Source: Myxococcota bacterium (GTDB lineage Bacteria; Myxococcota_A; UBA9160; UBA4427). From it: 64,000 nt of DNA. Numbering within the stretch: position 1 is the first letter of the stretch; every line of letters begins with the position of its first letter. A program made the translations under genes and the position numbers. Location: contig JAQWNI010000253.1 in the NCBI GenBank assembly GCA_029268645.1, forward strand, positions 7,690-71,689, given 5' to 3'. The notes under the pieces are model-generated. The model was not told where the DNA came from and made no database searches. It worked only from the letters and a program-made list of their open reading frames with translations. Below are positions 9,453 to 19,432 of the stretch, in pieces.

Positions 9453-12400
9453 CTCAACCTAGCCGGATCAAAAAACTCGCCATCGTCAATCGGGGAGAAC
9501 CGGCTCTGCGATGTATTCGAGCCGTCAAGTCGTTGCGGTCCGTCGAGGACAGTGACATGGAAGTCGTCGCTCTCTATACGCGTCCCGATCGAGACGCGCC
9601 CTTCGTTCGACATGCCGACCGCGCCATTGAGTTGCCCAGCGAGGGAGGGGCAGTGGCCGCCTATCTCGACCATGATCGCCTCATCGCCGCCTTACGCGAG
9701 GTTTCGGCGGATGCGGTTTGGCCGGGTTGGGGTTTTGTTTCCGAAGACCCAGTTTTTGTCCAACGCTTAGCCGCCGAGGGAATTCTTTTCCTGGGCCCCT
9801 CAGCCGAAGCGATGCGTATGCTCGGCGATAAAATCACTTCCAAACGTTTGGCTGAGGAGGCGGGTGTTCCCGTCACCCCCTGGAGTGGCGGTGCCGTAGC
9901 CAGCCTTGAAAAAGCCCACGAGCAAGCGGCTCGAATCGGGTTTCCCTTGGTGGTGAAAGCGACCGCTGGAGGGGGTGGTCGTGGCATTCGAATCGTTCGG
10001 AAGGAGAGTGAACTCGACGAAGCTTTTCGATCCGCCGCAGCGGAGGCGAAGGCGGCTTTCGGCAACGGGGATCTTTTTCTCGAGAAGATGGTCATAGGGG
10101 GTCGTCACATCGAAGTTCAAATTGCCGCTGACCAGCACGGGCACGTGATAGCCCTGGGGAGCCGTGATTGTTCGGTTCAGCGGCGGCATCAAAAAGTGAT
10201 CGAGGAAGCCCCGCCTCCGGGTCTCGACCGATCGACTCGGTCTGCCCTTGAGCAATCCGCCGTCGAGATGGCGACCCAGGTGGGCTACGTCGGGGTCGGG
10301 ACGGTTGAATTTTTACTGGGCGGAACCGAATACTTCTTCCTGGAGGTCAATCCGAGACTACAAGTTGAGCACGGCATCACCGAGGAAATCACGGGGGTGG
10401 ACCTAGTGCAGACTCAGATCCGGATTGCCCGGGGCGAATCCCTGGCGGATCTGGATTTCGAGGAGAGGGGCGTTGCCATCGAGGCACGTGTTTGTGCCGA
10501 GGATCCCGATCAAGGATTTCTCCCTTCGCCCGGTTTCATCGCGCGTTTCGACCGAGCCTTGGGTCCGCGTGTTCGAATCGATTCGGGTGTCACGTCTGGA
10601 ACGGACGTTTCGTCTGATTTCGACTCGTTGATTGCCAAAGTCATTGCCATCGGGGATAACCGCGATGAAGCGCGTGCTCGCCTGGAATGTGCTCTACGAG
10701 ACTTCGAGCTCGTCGTTGAAGGGGGCGCAAGCAACAAAGGGTATTTGATCGAATTGCTTCGCGCTTCTGATTACCGGGCGGGCCCGGTTGACACGACTTG
10801 GCTGGACCGGTGGAATGCAGAGAGAGCAGAAAACCGAGCGCGCGATCTACCACAGGCCCGTGACGCCTTTGTGGCCGCTGCGATTATCGCTTACCAAAAG
10901 GCGCGTGCAGCGGCGCGCGATGCATTTTACGCGGATTCCTCTGCTCTTTCTCGAGAGTCGCTTCCCCCGGCGGAGGGTCAAAGAATCGATTTGACTCATG
11001 ACCGGGAGAGTTATGAGCTGACCGTTTATGCGATTGGGTCATGGCGCTATCGAGTCCATCTCGAAGGGGCCGTTGTGGCCGCCGAGATGCGGGAGGAAGG
11101 TCACCACCAGGCTCGGCTGATTCTCGACGACCGCGTCCGACGCATCGAATACGATGCGTCGGAGCTCGGAATTCGATTGGAAGTCGACGGGGCCCCCTAT
11201 ACCTATGGGCTTCAGACCGCGGGTCAAGTTCGATCCGGGACGCCAGCCATGGTCGTTGCTGTTCATGTCGCAGTGGGCGAGACCGTGGAAGCTGGACAGC
11301 CTCTGGGTCTCCTCGAAGCGATGAAAATGGAGATCGGATTTCAGGCGCCGATTGCCGGTGTGGTTCGTGAAATCAGCGTACACAGTGGTCAGCAAGTGGC
11401 TGCGGGTGAGCCCCTGCTGGTCATCGACCCAGATATCGCTGACGGAGCAGATTCGCATAGTTCTCGGCGGCTCGGACTGCCCGAGCAGGCGGACCCGCTG
11501 GAAATCCTCTTCCTTGGAGCAGATGGGTCGCGTGAAGAAACGCCCGATTTGATGCGCGTTTCTAGGGCGAATACAGAAGTTCGGAGCGCCGCGCTAAAGA
11601 GTGTTCGCGAGGAAGTTCGGCGGGTCATTCTCGGGTACGATGCGAATCCGGTCCGGGGTGAGCAACTCGTTGACTTTCTCGAAGCCCCGGTTTCCGACAC
11701 GCTTCCCGGAGACTTTCTTGAGCAGCTCGCCGAGATTCGTGGCGAGATTGGGACCTTTATCGATCTCGAAGAGGTCTTTGTCCGGTCTCCCCGTGCATCG
11801 GTTTCCGGTGAAAGTGGTCCTTCTAACGATGCGCGATTTCGGATGTATATCCGACGCATACGAGCAGAGGGCAGCGGAATAGAACCCGCGTATTTGGACA
11901 TTGTGGGTCGGGCTCTTGCGCGATACGGAGTTCCGGATCTTCAGCCGAGCGACGGACTCCTTCGGGTCATCCTGCGTATGTTTTCGGCCCAGCGCGAGAC
12001 CGAGCTTCGCTATCGGCTGGTCTTAGCCCTTTTGCGTCGCCTACAAGAGCTGGCCAAGGTGGGCGTCAATCTTTCGGAAGATCAGGCTCTGTCCGACTCC
12101 ATTGCCCGAATCGCGCGTTTGCGACCGCAAGTCAGTGATGCCGTCGCCGACGCGGCGCTCGAGTTGACTTACCTGGCTTTCCTAAAGCCGGGGATCGAGC
12201 GACGAGCGGCACGGGTTTCAGGTGAGGTTGAGCGATGGATTGCTTCGGCCGAGCATGAGCCGACAGTTCCCGCCGCCCACATCTTGCTGGAGGTGGCGGC
12301 AGCCCCCCGGAGTGTCTTTGATCGTGTGGGCCAGTGGATCAGCTCAAAGGATGTCGCTCGCCGGGAAATTGCCTTGGCGGCTCACACGCAGAGGCGTTAC

Positions 12401-15082
12401 TCGCCCCGGATTCCGATTGGGTATCGAACTATTCAGGTGGATCACGAGCGAGTTCATTGCGTCGAATATCCAGAAAGAGGCTTTGTTCTCGTGGCTTATG
12501 CGCGGGCCGACACTCTCATGGCCACAACGGAGCGTCTTCTTAAAACCGCCCAAGGCATGACAGAGCAGGAAGCGAACACGAGCCTCTATGCGGTTGAAGT
12601 TGTTCTGCCGCCCAGCGAAGTATTGGACTTTGCTGCTGTGAAAGCCGAAATTGAGCCTCTGCTGGGCCGCGAACTGCCCGGTGGCCGCTTCACCCTAGGG
12701 CTGCTGGGAAAATCAGGGGGAATGGATCACCTATTCAAGACCTGGGAACGGGTTTCAGGTGGAGTGGTGCTTCGCAATCACTACGACCTACACCCGGAAA
12801 CAGCGGAACGAATTGATCTGTCTCGCTACGCCAATTTCGAGTTGGAACGCATTCCGGCTGAGGAAGGCGTCTACTCTTTTCACGGTCGGGCAACTGACAT
12901 GCCCGCGGATGAGCGGATCTTCGTTCTTGCCGACGCCCGCGATCGGGCATCGGAGGCGGGGCCGGAACTCTCCAATCACCTTCCGGGGTTTGAGCGGGTT
13001 TTTTACCGGGCGACCCGGAGCTTGCGTCGAATTCTCCAGGTCCGGGATGCCCGACGTCGCCTTCAATGGAACCGCATCGCAATTTTTGTTGCGCCCGCGG
13101 TGTATCTCGACCAGGAATCAGTGGAAGAGGTATCTCGTCGCCTCGCCCCGGCGACTCGCCATCTGGGTCTCGACAAAGTCGTTGCCCGCTTGAATCTTCT
13201 CGACCCCGAAGACCCTTTGGCGGCGCCTAAGACTCGCGAGATCGAAATTGTCGACCTGGGTGGCCAGATGGAAATTGCGATGAGAGACCCTCATCGTGAT
13301 GCACTGGTGCCCGCCGGAGACTACGAGCGGCGGGTGATGGCTTCCCGGAGAAACAATCAGCCCTACCCGTACGAAGTCATCAAGATGCTAACAACCGGTG
13401 ACCGTGATCTGATTGACCGGACTGAGGACCGCGACGTGAATCCGTTGCCGGATGGAACATTTGAGGAGTATGACCTCGACCTCGAGGCGACCTCTCCTGC
13501 GGCGACGAGTGTGGCGGGACGCTCCCATGGAGAAAATCAATCGGGTGTGGTGCTCGGCGTGATTTCGACCCCCACCGCCAAGGTGCCAGAAGGGCTGCGC
13601 CGGGTGCTCGTGCTGTCGGACCCCACCCGTGGAATGGGCGCTCTCTCCGCTCCGGAATGCGATCGCCTAGTGGCTGCTTTTGATTTGGCTGAAAGGCTGG
13701 AAGTTCCCTTGGAGTGGGTTGCGGTTTCCAGCGGCGCTCGAATTTCAATGGATAGCGGAACGGAGAATCTTGATTCGACCGCCCGGGTCGTTCGCCGGAT
13801 CGTGACCTTTACCCAAGCCGGTGGCGAAGTGAATTTGATTGTCGGGGGCGTGAACATTGGTGCCCAGGCCTACTTCGACGCATTGGCCACCATGCTGATG
13901 CATACCCGCGGCACGTTGATCATGACGCAAGAGGCTTCAATGGTTTTGACCGGCCGTCGCGCACTTGAAGCCGCTGGTTCGGTTTCCGCTGAGGATGAAC
14001 TCGCGATCGGGGGTTACGAGCGGATCATGGGGCCGAATGGGCAGGCGCAGCACTATGCGGGAACCGTCGCTGACGCCTACCGAATTCTTTACGACCATTA
14101 CCGGTACAGCTATAGGGTTCCAGGCGAGTCCGCTCCCCGTAGAATGGATTCGGAGGACGAGGCTTCTCGATCGATCTGTGATTTTGAAACCCCCGACGAT
14201 GAATTCGGCTTTGCGACAGTCGGCGAAATTTTTGACGACCAGACAAACCCGGGTCGGAAGAGACCCTTTTCGATGCGGAATGTGATGTCTGCCGTGATTG
14301 ATCAAGACGGTGGACATCTGGAGCGTTGGAAGGCTTTGGTAGGCGGGGAGACGGCCATCGTTTGGGACGCCCACGTAGGGGGGATCCCAGTCGAGTTGAT
14401 TGGAATTGAAAGCCACACCCTGCCACGCGAGGGTTACCGACCCTACGATGGTCCGGAGGCTTGGAATGGGGGCACTCTATTCCCGAATTCCTCAAAGAAA
14501 GTGGCGAGAGCCATCAATGCGGCGAGCGGTGTCCGTCCCGTGATTGTTCTCGCCAACCTATCCGGCTTTGACGGGTCTCCTGAGTCTCTGAGAAGGCTCC
14601 AATTGGAATACGGAGCGGAAATCGCGCGTGCCGTGGTGAATTTCTCAGGTCCAATTTTGTTTAGTGTCGTTTCCCGATATCACGGCGGAGCCTACGTGGT
14701 CTTTTCGCAGGAATTGAATCCAGCCCTAGAGGCAACGGCACTGTCAGGCTCGTTTGCCTCCGTGATCGGAGGGGGGCCTGCAGCCTCAGTGGTGTTTGCC
14801 CGGGAAGTGCGAGCCCAATCTATTCGTGACCCGCGGATCGTCGGTCAAGATACGCTCCTGGGTCGAGCTGAGCTGGACGCGTTGCTCCATGAAGTTCGGA
14901 TGGAGAAGCAACGTGAAGTGGCGGCCGAATTTGACCGGATTCACAGTGTGGAGCGTGCCCGTGAAGTGGGTTCGCTTTCAGACATTGTGGCCCCCAAAGA
15001 TTTACGCATGCGTTTGATCGCATCGCTCGAAAAGGCTTTAAGCCAGTCGGGGAATCCCGCTGCGTCACAAGACGGAACCTGA
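9449..15082 (+). CDS. Single-chain multidomain acyl-CoA carboxylase (BC-BCCP-central region-CT)
   Basis: BC motifs NRGE, WPGWGF, KATAGGGGRG, RDCSVQRRHQK, EVNPRLQVEH; biotinyl site EAMKME; CT motifs SSGARI, ANLSGFDG, YHGGAYVV. Confidence 0.92.
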   Translation: MTQPSRIKKLAIVNRGEPALRCIRAVKSLRSVEDSDMEVVALYTRPDRDAPFVRHADRAIELPSEGGAVAAYLDHDRLIAALREVSADAVWPGWGFVSEDPVFVQRLAAEGILFLGPSAEAMRMLGDKITSKRLAEEAGVPVTPWSGGAVASLEKAHEQAARIGFPLVVKATAGGGGRGIRIVRKESELDEAFRSAAAEAKAAFGNGDLFLEKMVIGGRHIEVQIAADQHGHVIALGSRDCSVQRRHQKVIEEAPPPGLDRSTRSALEQSAVEMATQVGYVGVGTVEFLLGGTEYFFLEVNPRLQVEHGITEEITGVDLVQTQIRIARGESLADLDFEERGVAIEARVCAEDPDQGFLPSPGFIARFDRALGPRVRIDSGVTSGTDVSSDFDSLIAKVIAIGDNRDEARARLECALRDFELVVEGGASNKGYLIELLRASDYRAGPVDTTWLDRWNAERAENRARDLPQARDAFVAAAIIAYQKARAAARDAFYADSSALSRESLPPAEGQRIDLTHDRESYELTVYAIGSWRYRVHLEGAVVAAEMREEGHHQARLILDDRVRRIEYDASELGIRLEVDGAPYTYGLQTAGQVRSGTPAMVVAVHVAVGETVEAGQPLGLLEAMKMEIGFQAPIAGVVREISVHSGQQVAAGEPLLVIDPDIADGADSHSSRRLGLPEQADPLEILFLGADGSREETPDLMRVSRANTEVRSAALKSVREEVRRVILGYDANPVRGEQLVDFLEAPVSDTLPGDFLEQLAEIRGEIGTFIDLEEVFVRSPRASVSGESGPSNDARFRMYIRRIRAEGSGIEPAYLDIVGRALARYGVPDLQPSDGLLRVILRMFSAQRETELRYRLVLALLRRLQELAKVGVNLSEDQALSDSIARIARLRPQVSDAVADAALELTYLAFLKPGIERRAARVSGEVERWIASAEHEPTVPAAHILLEVAAAPRSVFDRVGQWISSKDVARREIALAAHTQRRYSPRIPIGYRTIQVDHERVHCVEYPERGFVLVAYARADTLMATTERLLKTAQGMTEQEANTSLYAVEVVLPPSEVLDFAAVKAEIEPLLGRELPGGRFTLGLLGKSGGMDHLFKTWERVSGGVVLRNHYDLHPETAERIDLSRYANFELERIPAEEGVYSFHGRATDMPADERIFVLADARDRASEAGPELSNHLPGFERVFYRATRSLRRILQVRDARRRLQWNRIAIFVAPAVYLDQESVEEVSRRLAPATRHLGLDKVVARLNLLDPEDPLAAPKTREIEIVDLGGQMEIAMRDPHRDALVPAGDYERRVMASRRNNQPYPYEVIKMLTTGDRDLIDRTEDRDVNPLPDGTFEEYDLDLEATSPAATSVAGRSHGENQSGVVLGVISTPTAKVPEGLRRVLVLSDPTRGMGALSAPECDRLVAAFDLAERLEVPLEWVAVSSGARISMDSGTENLDSTARVVRRIVTFTQAGGEVNLIVGGVNIGAQAYFDALATMLMHTRGTLIMTQEASMVLTGRRALEAAGSVSAEDELAIGGYERIMGPNGQAQHYAGTVADAYRILYDHYRYSYRVPGESAPRRMDSEDEASRSICDFETPDDEFGFATVGEIFDDQTNPGRKRPFSMRNVMSAVIDQDGGHLERWKALVGGETAIVWDAHVGGIPVELIGIESHTLPREGYRPYDGPEAWNGGTLFPNSSKKVARAINAASGVRPVIVLANLSGFDGSPESLRRLQLEYGAEIARAVVNFSGPILFSVVSRYHGGAYVVFSQELNPALEATALSGSFASVIGGGPAASVVFAREVRAQSIRDPRIVGQDTLLGRAELDALLHEVRMEKQREVAAEFDRIHSVERAREVGSLSDIVAPKDLRMRLIASLEKALSQSGNPAASQDGT

Positions 15083-15083
15083 G

Positions 15084-15485
15084 ATGAGAAAACCGACCCG
15101 ACTCGGCTCCCGTTCCGCCGAAGCCCAAGACGAGATTTTGATCCAGGGCATCCGGGTTCCCTGTGCGCTCGGCGTCACAGCGGCCGAGCGAAAAATGAGC
15201 CGTCCTGTCCTGATCGACCTTGAAATGGGATTGGGCTTGGAAAGAGCGGGCGAAACAGATCGACTGTCCGATACGGTTGACTATGGCGCGGTCTACGACG
15301 TCATCCAGGACGTGGCCAAACAGCGCGAGTACCGGTTGGTCGAGAGCTTGGGTGAAGATATCTCGGAGGCTATCCTGCAGCGCTTTCCCGTCGAAACAAT
15401 CACGATCACGATTCGGAAATTCGCTCCTTTGGCCGGGCCGGTCGATCAGACAGGCGTTCGCCTTCGGCGCAGCCGGGTCTCGTGA
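15084..15485 (+). CDS. folB: Dihydroneopterin aldolase
   Basis: GVTAAER, DLE, DTVDY, LVE, IRK. Confidence 0.88.
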   Translation: MRKPTRLGSRSAEAQDEILIQGIRVPCALGVTAAERKMSRPVLIDLEMGLGLERAGETDRLSDTVDYGAVYDVIQDVAKQREYRLVESLGEDISEAILQRFPVETITITIRKFAPLAGPVDQTGVRLRRSRVS

Positions 15486-16516
15486 CACCCCCGCCCCGCC
15501 CCGCCGATCTGATTAGAGCACGGGCGGATGCTTTCAGTTTTTGGTCAATCGAGGCCATCCGACGGGGGCTCGGCCACCTCGAACCCCATCGAGCTCGAAG
15601 CTTGGGGGCCAGATGGGGCCGTCGTGTTTCGCTGTTGGGGGGTCCGGTCACTGATCTCTCGCGAATCAATCTCCAGTTAGCTTTCCCAGAAAAGACCGTC
15701 AGTTTTCGTCAGAGTGTTTTGGAGCAGGCCTTTCAGAACCTCGGAATGGGTGTCGCCGAGCTGGCACTTCTACAGGGTCCGCATCGCGAGCGCGTGTTGG
15801 ACAGCGTCCGTTTAGAGGGCGAAGAGAACCTTGCTCGTCCAGGAGGCGGTCGTTCGGGGAACGGAGCGCTGATCGTGACCGCTCATTTCGGGAGCTGGGA
15901 CCTCTACGCTGCGGCGATCGCTCGGCGGTATCCGCTGACAGTGATTCATCGTGGATTCAAGAACGAGAGGATCACCGAGATGATGACGCGTGTGCGGCAC
16001 TCGGGCGGCGGCGATCTTGAAGAAGTGAGAATGGGACCGCGGGCGGTGCCGGGTTTGTTGGGAGCGCTCCGCCGCGGTCGCTACTGCATTCTCTTGATGG
16101 ACCAAAACGCTCGACGGGAGGAAGGCGTCTTCGTGCCATTCTTTTCGCGTCTGGCATGCACTCGATCGGCCCCGGCGGTGGTCGCCATGCGGCGATGTGT
16201 TCCCGTTTACCCCGTATTTGGCCATCGCGAAGGTCTGAGCGGTCGCCATGTAGTGAGGATCGGCGCTCCGTTAGGGATAGAAACTGTCGCCCCTGAAGAC
16301 GGAACGGAAACCTTCGAGTCAGCTCTTCGCCGAAACGTGGGCCTTATGACGTCCGCCATTGAGGAAGCCATTCGGAGCCATCCCGATCAATGGGTCTGGT
16401 CCCAACGTCGATGGAAGACGCGACCGGACACCTCAGATGTTGAAGCGGAGCCTCTCTATCCCAGCCGTTCGGGGTGGGGTCGCTCTCTTCGCCGCCGAGG
16501 GCGATCGACCCGATGA
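15482..16516 (+). CDS. Lipid A late-acyltransferase family (LpxL/HtrB-like) acyltransferase
   Basis: NLQLAFPE, TAHFGSWD, MDQ, VPFF, PDQWVWSQRRWKTRP. Confidence 0.85.
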   Translation: MTPPPRPADLIRARADAFSFWSIEAIRRGLGHLEPHRARSLGARWGRRVSLLGGPVTDLSRINLQLAFPEKTVSFRQSVLEQAFQNLGMGVAELALLQGPHRERVLDSVRLEGEENLARPGGGRSGNGALIVTAHFGSWDLYAAAIARRYPLTVIHRGFKNERITEMMTRVRHSGGGDLEEVRMGPRAVPGLLGALRRGRYCILLMDQNARREEGVFVPFFSRLACTRSAPAVVAMRRCVPVYPVFGHREGLSGRHVVRIGAPLGIETVAPEDGTETFESALRRNVGLMTSAIEEAIRSHPDQWVWSQRRWKTRPDTSDVEAEPLYPSRSGWGRSLRRRGRSTR

Positions 16517-16606
16517 GCGCGCTTCCCGTTTGCGCGGTGGCGAGAGCCCGGAACCTCTATGCTAGGGTGCGCGGTTCGTGAATTTATTAGATTCTGCTTT
16601 CACCGA

Positions 16607-18070
16607 GTGACGGCCCCGACAAATTCCTCCGAATTGAATCCTGAGCGATTGCCACTCGGGATTCGCATTTTCTATGGAATCGGCTCAATTTCGGAAGGGA
16701 CCAAGAACTTCACGTTCAATGTTTTTCTGTTGTTCTTCTACAACAACGTGCTGGGTCTTTCGGGTTCTTTGGCCGGCCTGGCGATCTTCATTGCTCTGTG
16801 CGTCGATGCGGTGACCGATCCGCTGGTTGGTTCTATATCGGATAGTTTTCGGTCCCGTTGGGGCCGCCGTCACCCCTTTATGTACGCATCAGCGCTTCCG
16901 ATGGCGGTGTGTTTTGTTCTTCTTTTCTCTCCCCCCGAACTCTCGGAGACCGGGCTCTTCGTTTGGCTCTGTTGCTTCGCTGTTGGAGTGCGAGCTTCGA
17001 TGACTTTCTACTCGATTCCGAGTTCGGCGATGTTGCCAGAAATGACTTCCAACTACGATGAGCGCACCTCTCTTGTGAGTTGGCGTTATCTCCTGGGGTG
17101 GTTGGGCGGAATCGGTATGACTTTCATTGCCTACCGATATTTTTTAGTTCCCACTCCAGCCTATCCAGATGGTCGACTCAATCCTGAAGCCTATTCGAGC
17201 TATGCGACGCTGGGTGCCGTGGTGATTTTCGGGGCCATCATGGTCTGTGCTTTGGGGACACATCGATTGATCGCCACTATGAGGAAATCTTCAGGAGCGA
17301 CGGATCCTTTTTCCGTGCGACGGTTACTCGGCGAATTGAAAGAGACCTTCGGCAATCGCTCTTATTTAATGGTGGTCTTGGCTTTGATGTCCGCCTCCGT
17401 AGCGGGCGGGTTCAACGATGTGGTGGGCCTTTACGTCAACACCTATTTCTGGGAATTCACCACGGACCAGCTGAGTCTTCTTCTTCTCACGCCAATCCTT
17501 TCCATCCTGGTGGCTTTCGGCGGCACTCGAAAACTGACGGAAAAATTTGACAAACGAGAGGCGGCTTTGGGCCTCACGACCTTCGCAGTTTTTGTGGGCC
17601 CACTTCCGATCTTTCTGAGGCTCGCGGGCTGGATGCCTCCCAATGGGGATCCGCTGCTTTTTTCCCTCATCCTCGTCCATACTGGGTTGGTGGTTGCTCC
17701 TGTCGTGGCCATCGGCATCATTGCTTCGTCCATGGTGGCGGATACCGTTGACCAGACTGAGTTGGCGACCGGGCACCGAAGGGAGGGGATGTTTTCCTCG
17801 GCCATCGCGTTCTCGCTCAAAGCCGCATCGGGGGTCGGTACTCTGGCGGCGGGGATCGCCCTGGACTGGATTGCCTTTCCGAGGGGGGCCGAGGTGGGTG
17901 CCATTGCCCAGGGTAAGCTCGTCGCCCTTGGACTGGCGGTTGGCCCGGGTTTGCTCTTCTTCTATTTTCTCACACTGTTCTTTCTGTCTCGGTACCGCAT
18001 GACCCGAACGGAGCATCGAGCGATACTCGACGCTCTCGCGTTGCGTCGGCCGCCGACAGCTGACCTCTAA
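16607..18070 (+). CDS. MFS transporter, GPH (Na+/glycoside symporter) family
   Basis: About 12 hydrophobic segments; DAVTDPLVGSISD..RSRWGRRHPF, ERTSL, RREGMF. Start 16559 or 16607. Confidence 0.88.
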   Translation: MTAPTNSSELNPERLPLGIRIFYGIGSISEGTKNFTFNVFLLFFYNNVLGLSGSLAGLAIFIALCVDAVTDPLVGSISDSFRSRWGRRHPFMYASALPMAVCFVLLFSPPELSETGLFVWLCCFAVGVRASMTFYSIPSSAMLPEMTSNYDERTSLVSWRYLLGWLGGIGMTFIAYRYFLVPTPAYPDGRLNPEAYSSYATLGAVVIFGAIMVCALGTHRLIATMRKSSGATDPFSVRRLLGELKETFGNRSYLMVVLALMSASVAGGFNDVVGLYVNTYFWEFTTDQLSLLLLTPILSILVAFGGTRKLTEKFDKREAALGLTTFAVFVGPLPIFLRLAGWMPPNGDPLLFSLILVHTGLVVAPVVAIGIIASSMVADTVDQTELATGHRREGMFSSAIAFSLKAASGVGTLAAGIALDWIAFPRGAEVGAIAQGKLVALGLAVGPGLLFFYFLTLFFLSRYRMTRTEHRAILDALALRRPPTADL

Positions 18071-18196
18071 ATTTTCTCCGCGGCCCGACTTGGCGCTGTC
18101 CCCTCGGGTAGGACAGGTCCTCCGCGCAATGGTGGTTGCCTGCGGTGCCGAGGGTATATTCCTGCTTCGCCCGCAGCCTGAAAGCTTTGCCTGCCT

Positions 18197-19432
18197 GTGA
18201 CGACCCTCCTCCACACTAGCGAACCGCCCTCCGCGGCCGAAGCGTCCCGTATCGTGCATGCCGCGGTGGACTCTGGGGGCTTGGCTGCGCCCGATGCCCT
18301 TCGGCTCGCCCAAGGTTTTCGAGCCCCCGCCGTCTTGTCGATCCTCACTGAGGCGGCGTTTGAGAGCAAGCGGTCTGTCAAGGGCGAGGTCGTAACGGTG
18401 TCGCGCAATGTATTCATTCCGCTGACGAACCTTTGTCGAAACCGCTGCACCTATTGCAGTTATGCGAAGCCGCCGGACTCGCCGGAAGCCCACACCTACT
18501 CGCTTGAGGAGGTGGCCGAAGTGGTGAGCGGGGGCGTGGCCACTCGCTGTACGGAAGCCCTTTTGTGCCTGGGCGACAAACCTGAGATCGCCTACCGGAG
18601 TTACCGTGAATGGCTGAGCGAACGGGGCTTTCGCGATACCTCAGAGTTGGTTCTTGAGGCCTGCAAGGTGGCCTTTGAAGGGGGCATGTTGCCGCATACC
18701 AATGCAGGCATTTTGTCTGCGGAAGAGATGTCGGTTCTCCGTCCCTGGAACGCATCGATGGGCCTTATGATGGAGACGACCAGCCAACGTCTTCGAGGCC
18801 GCGGGATGCCGCATTTTCATGCCCCCGATAAAGACCCGGCGGTTCGTCTCCGGATGCATGAAGAGGCGGGTGAGCTGAAGATCCCCTTCACGACAGGGCT
18901 ACTGCTCGGGATAGGGGAGAATGATGAAGAGCGGGTCGAGACTCTGATGGCGATTCGCGACCTCTCGGATCGATATGGCCACATCCAGGAAGTCATCGTT
19001 CAGCCCTTCCACCCCAAACCCGATACCCCCATGCGGGCATCGGCCCCGATTCGAGATGAAGAGGTGATTGGGTGGGTCGCGCTGACGCGTCTTGTGATGG
19101 GCCCCCAAATGAACGTCCAAGCGCCGCCAAATCTGGCGCCTAGGATGCTAGAGCGGCTGGCCCAATCGGGGTTGAATGATTGGGGGGGTGTTTCGCCGAT
19201 CACCGTCGATTTTATCAATCCCGAGGCCCCGTGGCCGGCGATCCAGAAATTGCAGGAACTGACCGAGCGCAGCGGGCAGAAACTGCGCGATCGAGGCCCG
19301 GTGTATCCCGACTGGGTGCTGAACCGGGCCGACTTTTTTGACTCACGAATCCTTGATGCCATGCCGCGTTTCGCTACCGACGAGGGCTATGCGCGGCGTC
19401 CTTCCCACCAGTCCAAAGAGGAGGCTGCCTGA
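18197..19432 (+). CDS. cofG: FO (deazaflavin) synthase subunit CofG, radical SAM
   Basis: SRNVFIPLTNLCRNRCTYC, LPHTNAG, SMGLMME, QAPPNL, DWGGVSP.T.DFINPEAPWP. Confidence 0.92.
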   Translation: MTTLLHTSEPPSAAEASRIVHAAVDSGGLAAPDALRLAQGFRAPAVLSILTEAAFESKRSVKGEVVTVSRNVFIPLTNLCRNRCTYCSYAKPPDSPEAHTYSLEEVAEVVSGGVATRCTEALLCLGDKPEIAYRSYREWLSERGFRDTSELVLEACKVAFEGGMLPHTNAGILSAEEMSVLRPWNASMGLMMETTSQRLRGRGMPHFHAPDKDPAVRLRMHEEAGELKIPFTTGLLLGIGENDEERVETLMAIRDLSDRYGHIQEVIVQPFHPKPDTPMRASAPIRDEEVIGWVALTRLVMGPQMNVQAPPNLAPRMLERLAQSGLNDWGGVSPITVDFINPEAPWPAIQKLQELTERSGQKLRDRGPVYPDWVLNRADFFDSRILDAMPRFATDEGYARRPSHQSKEEAA

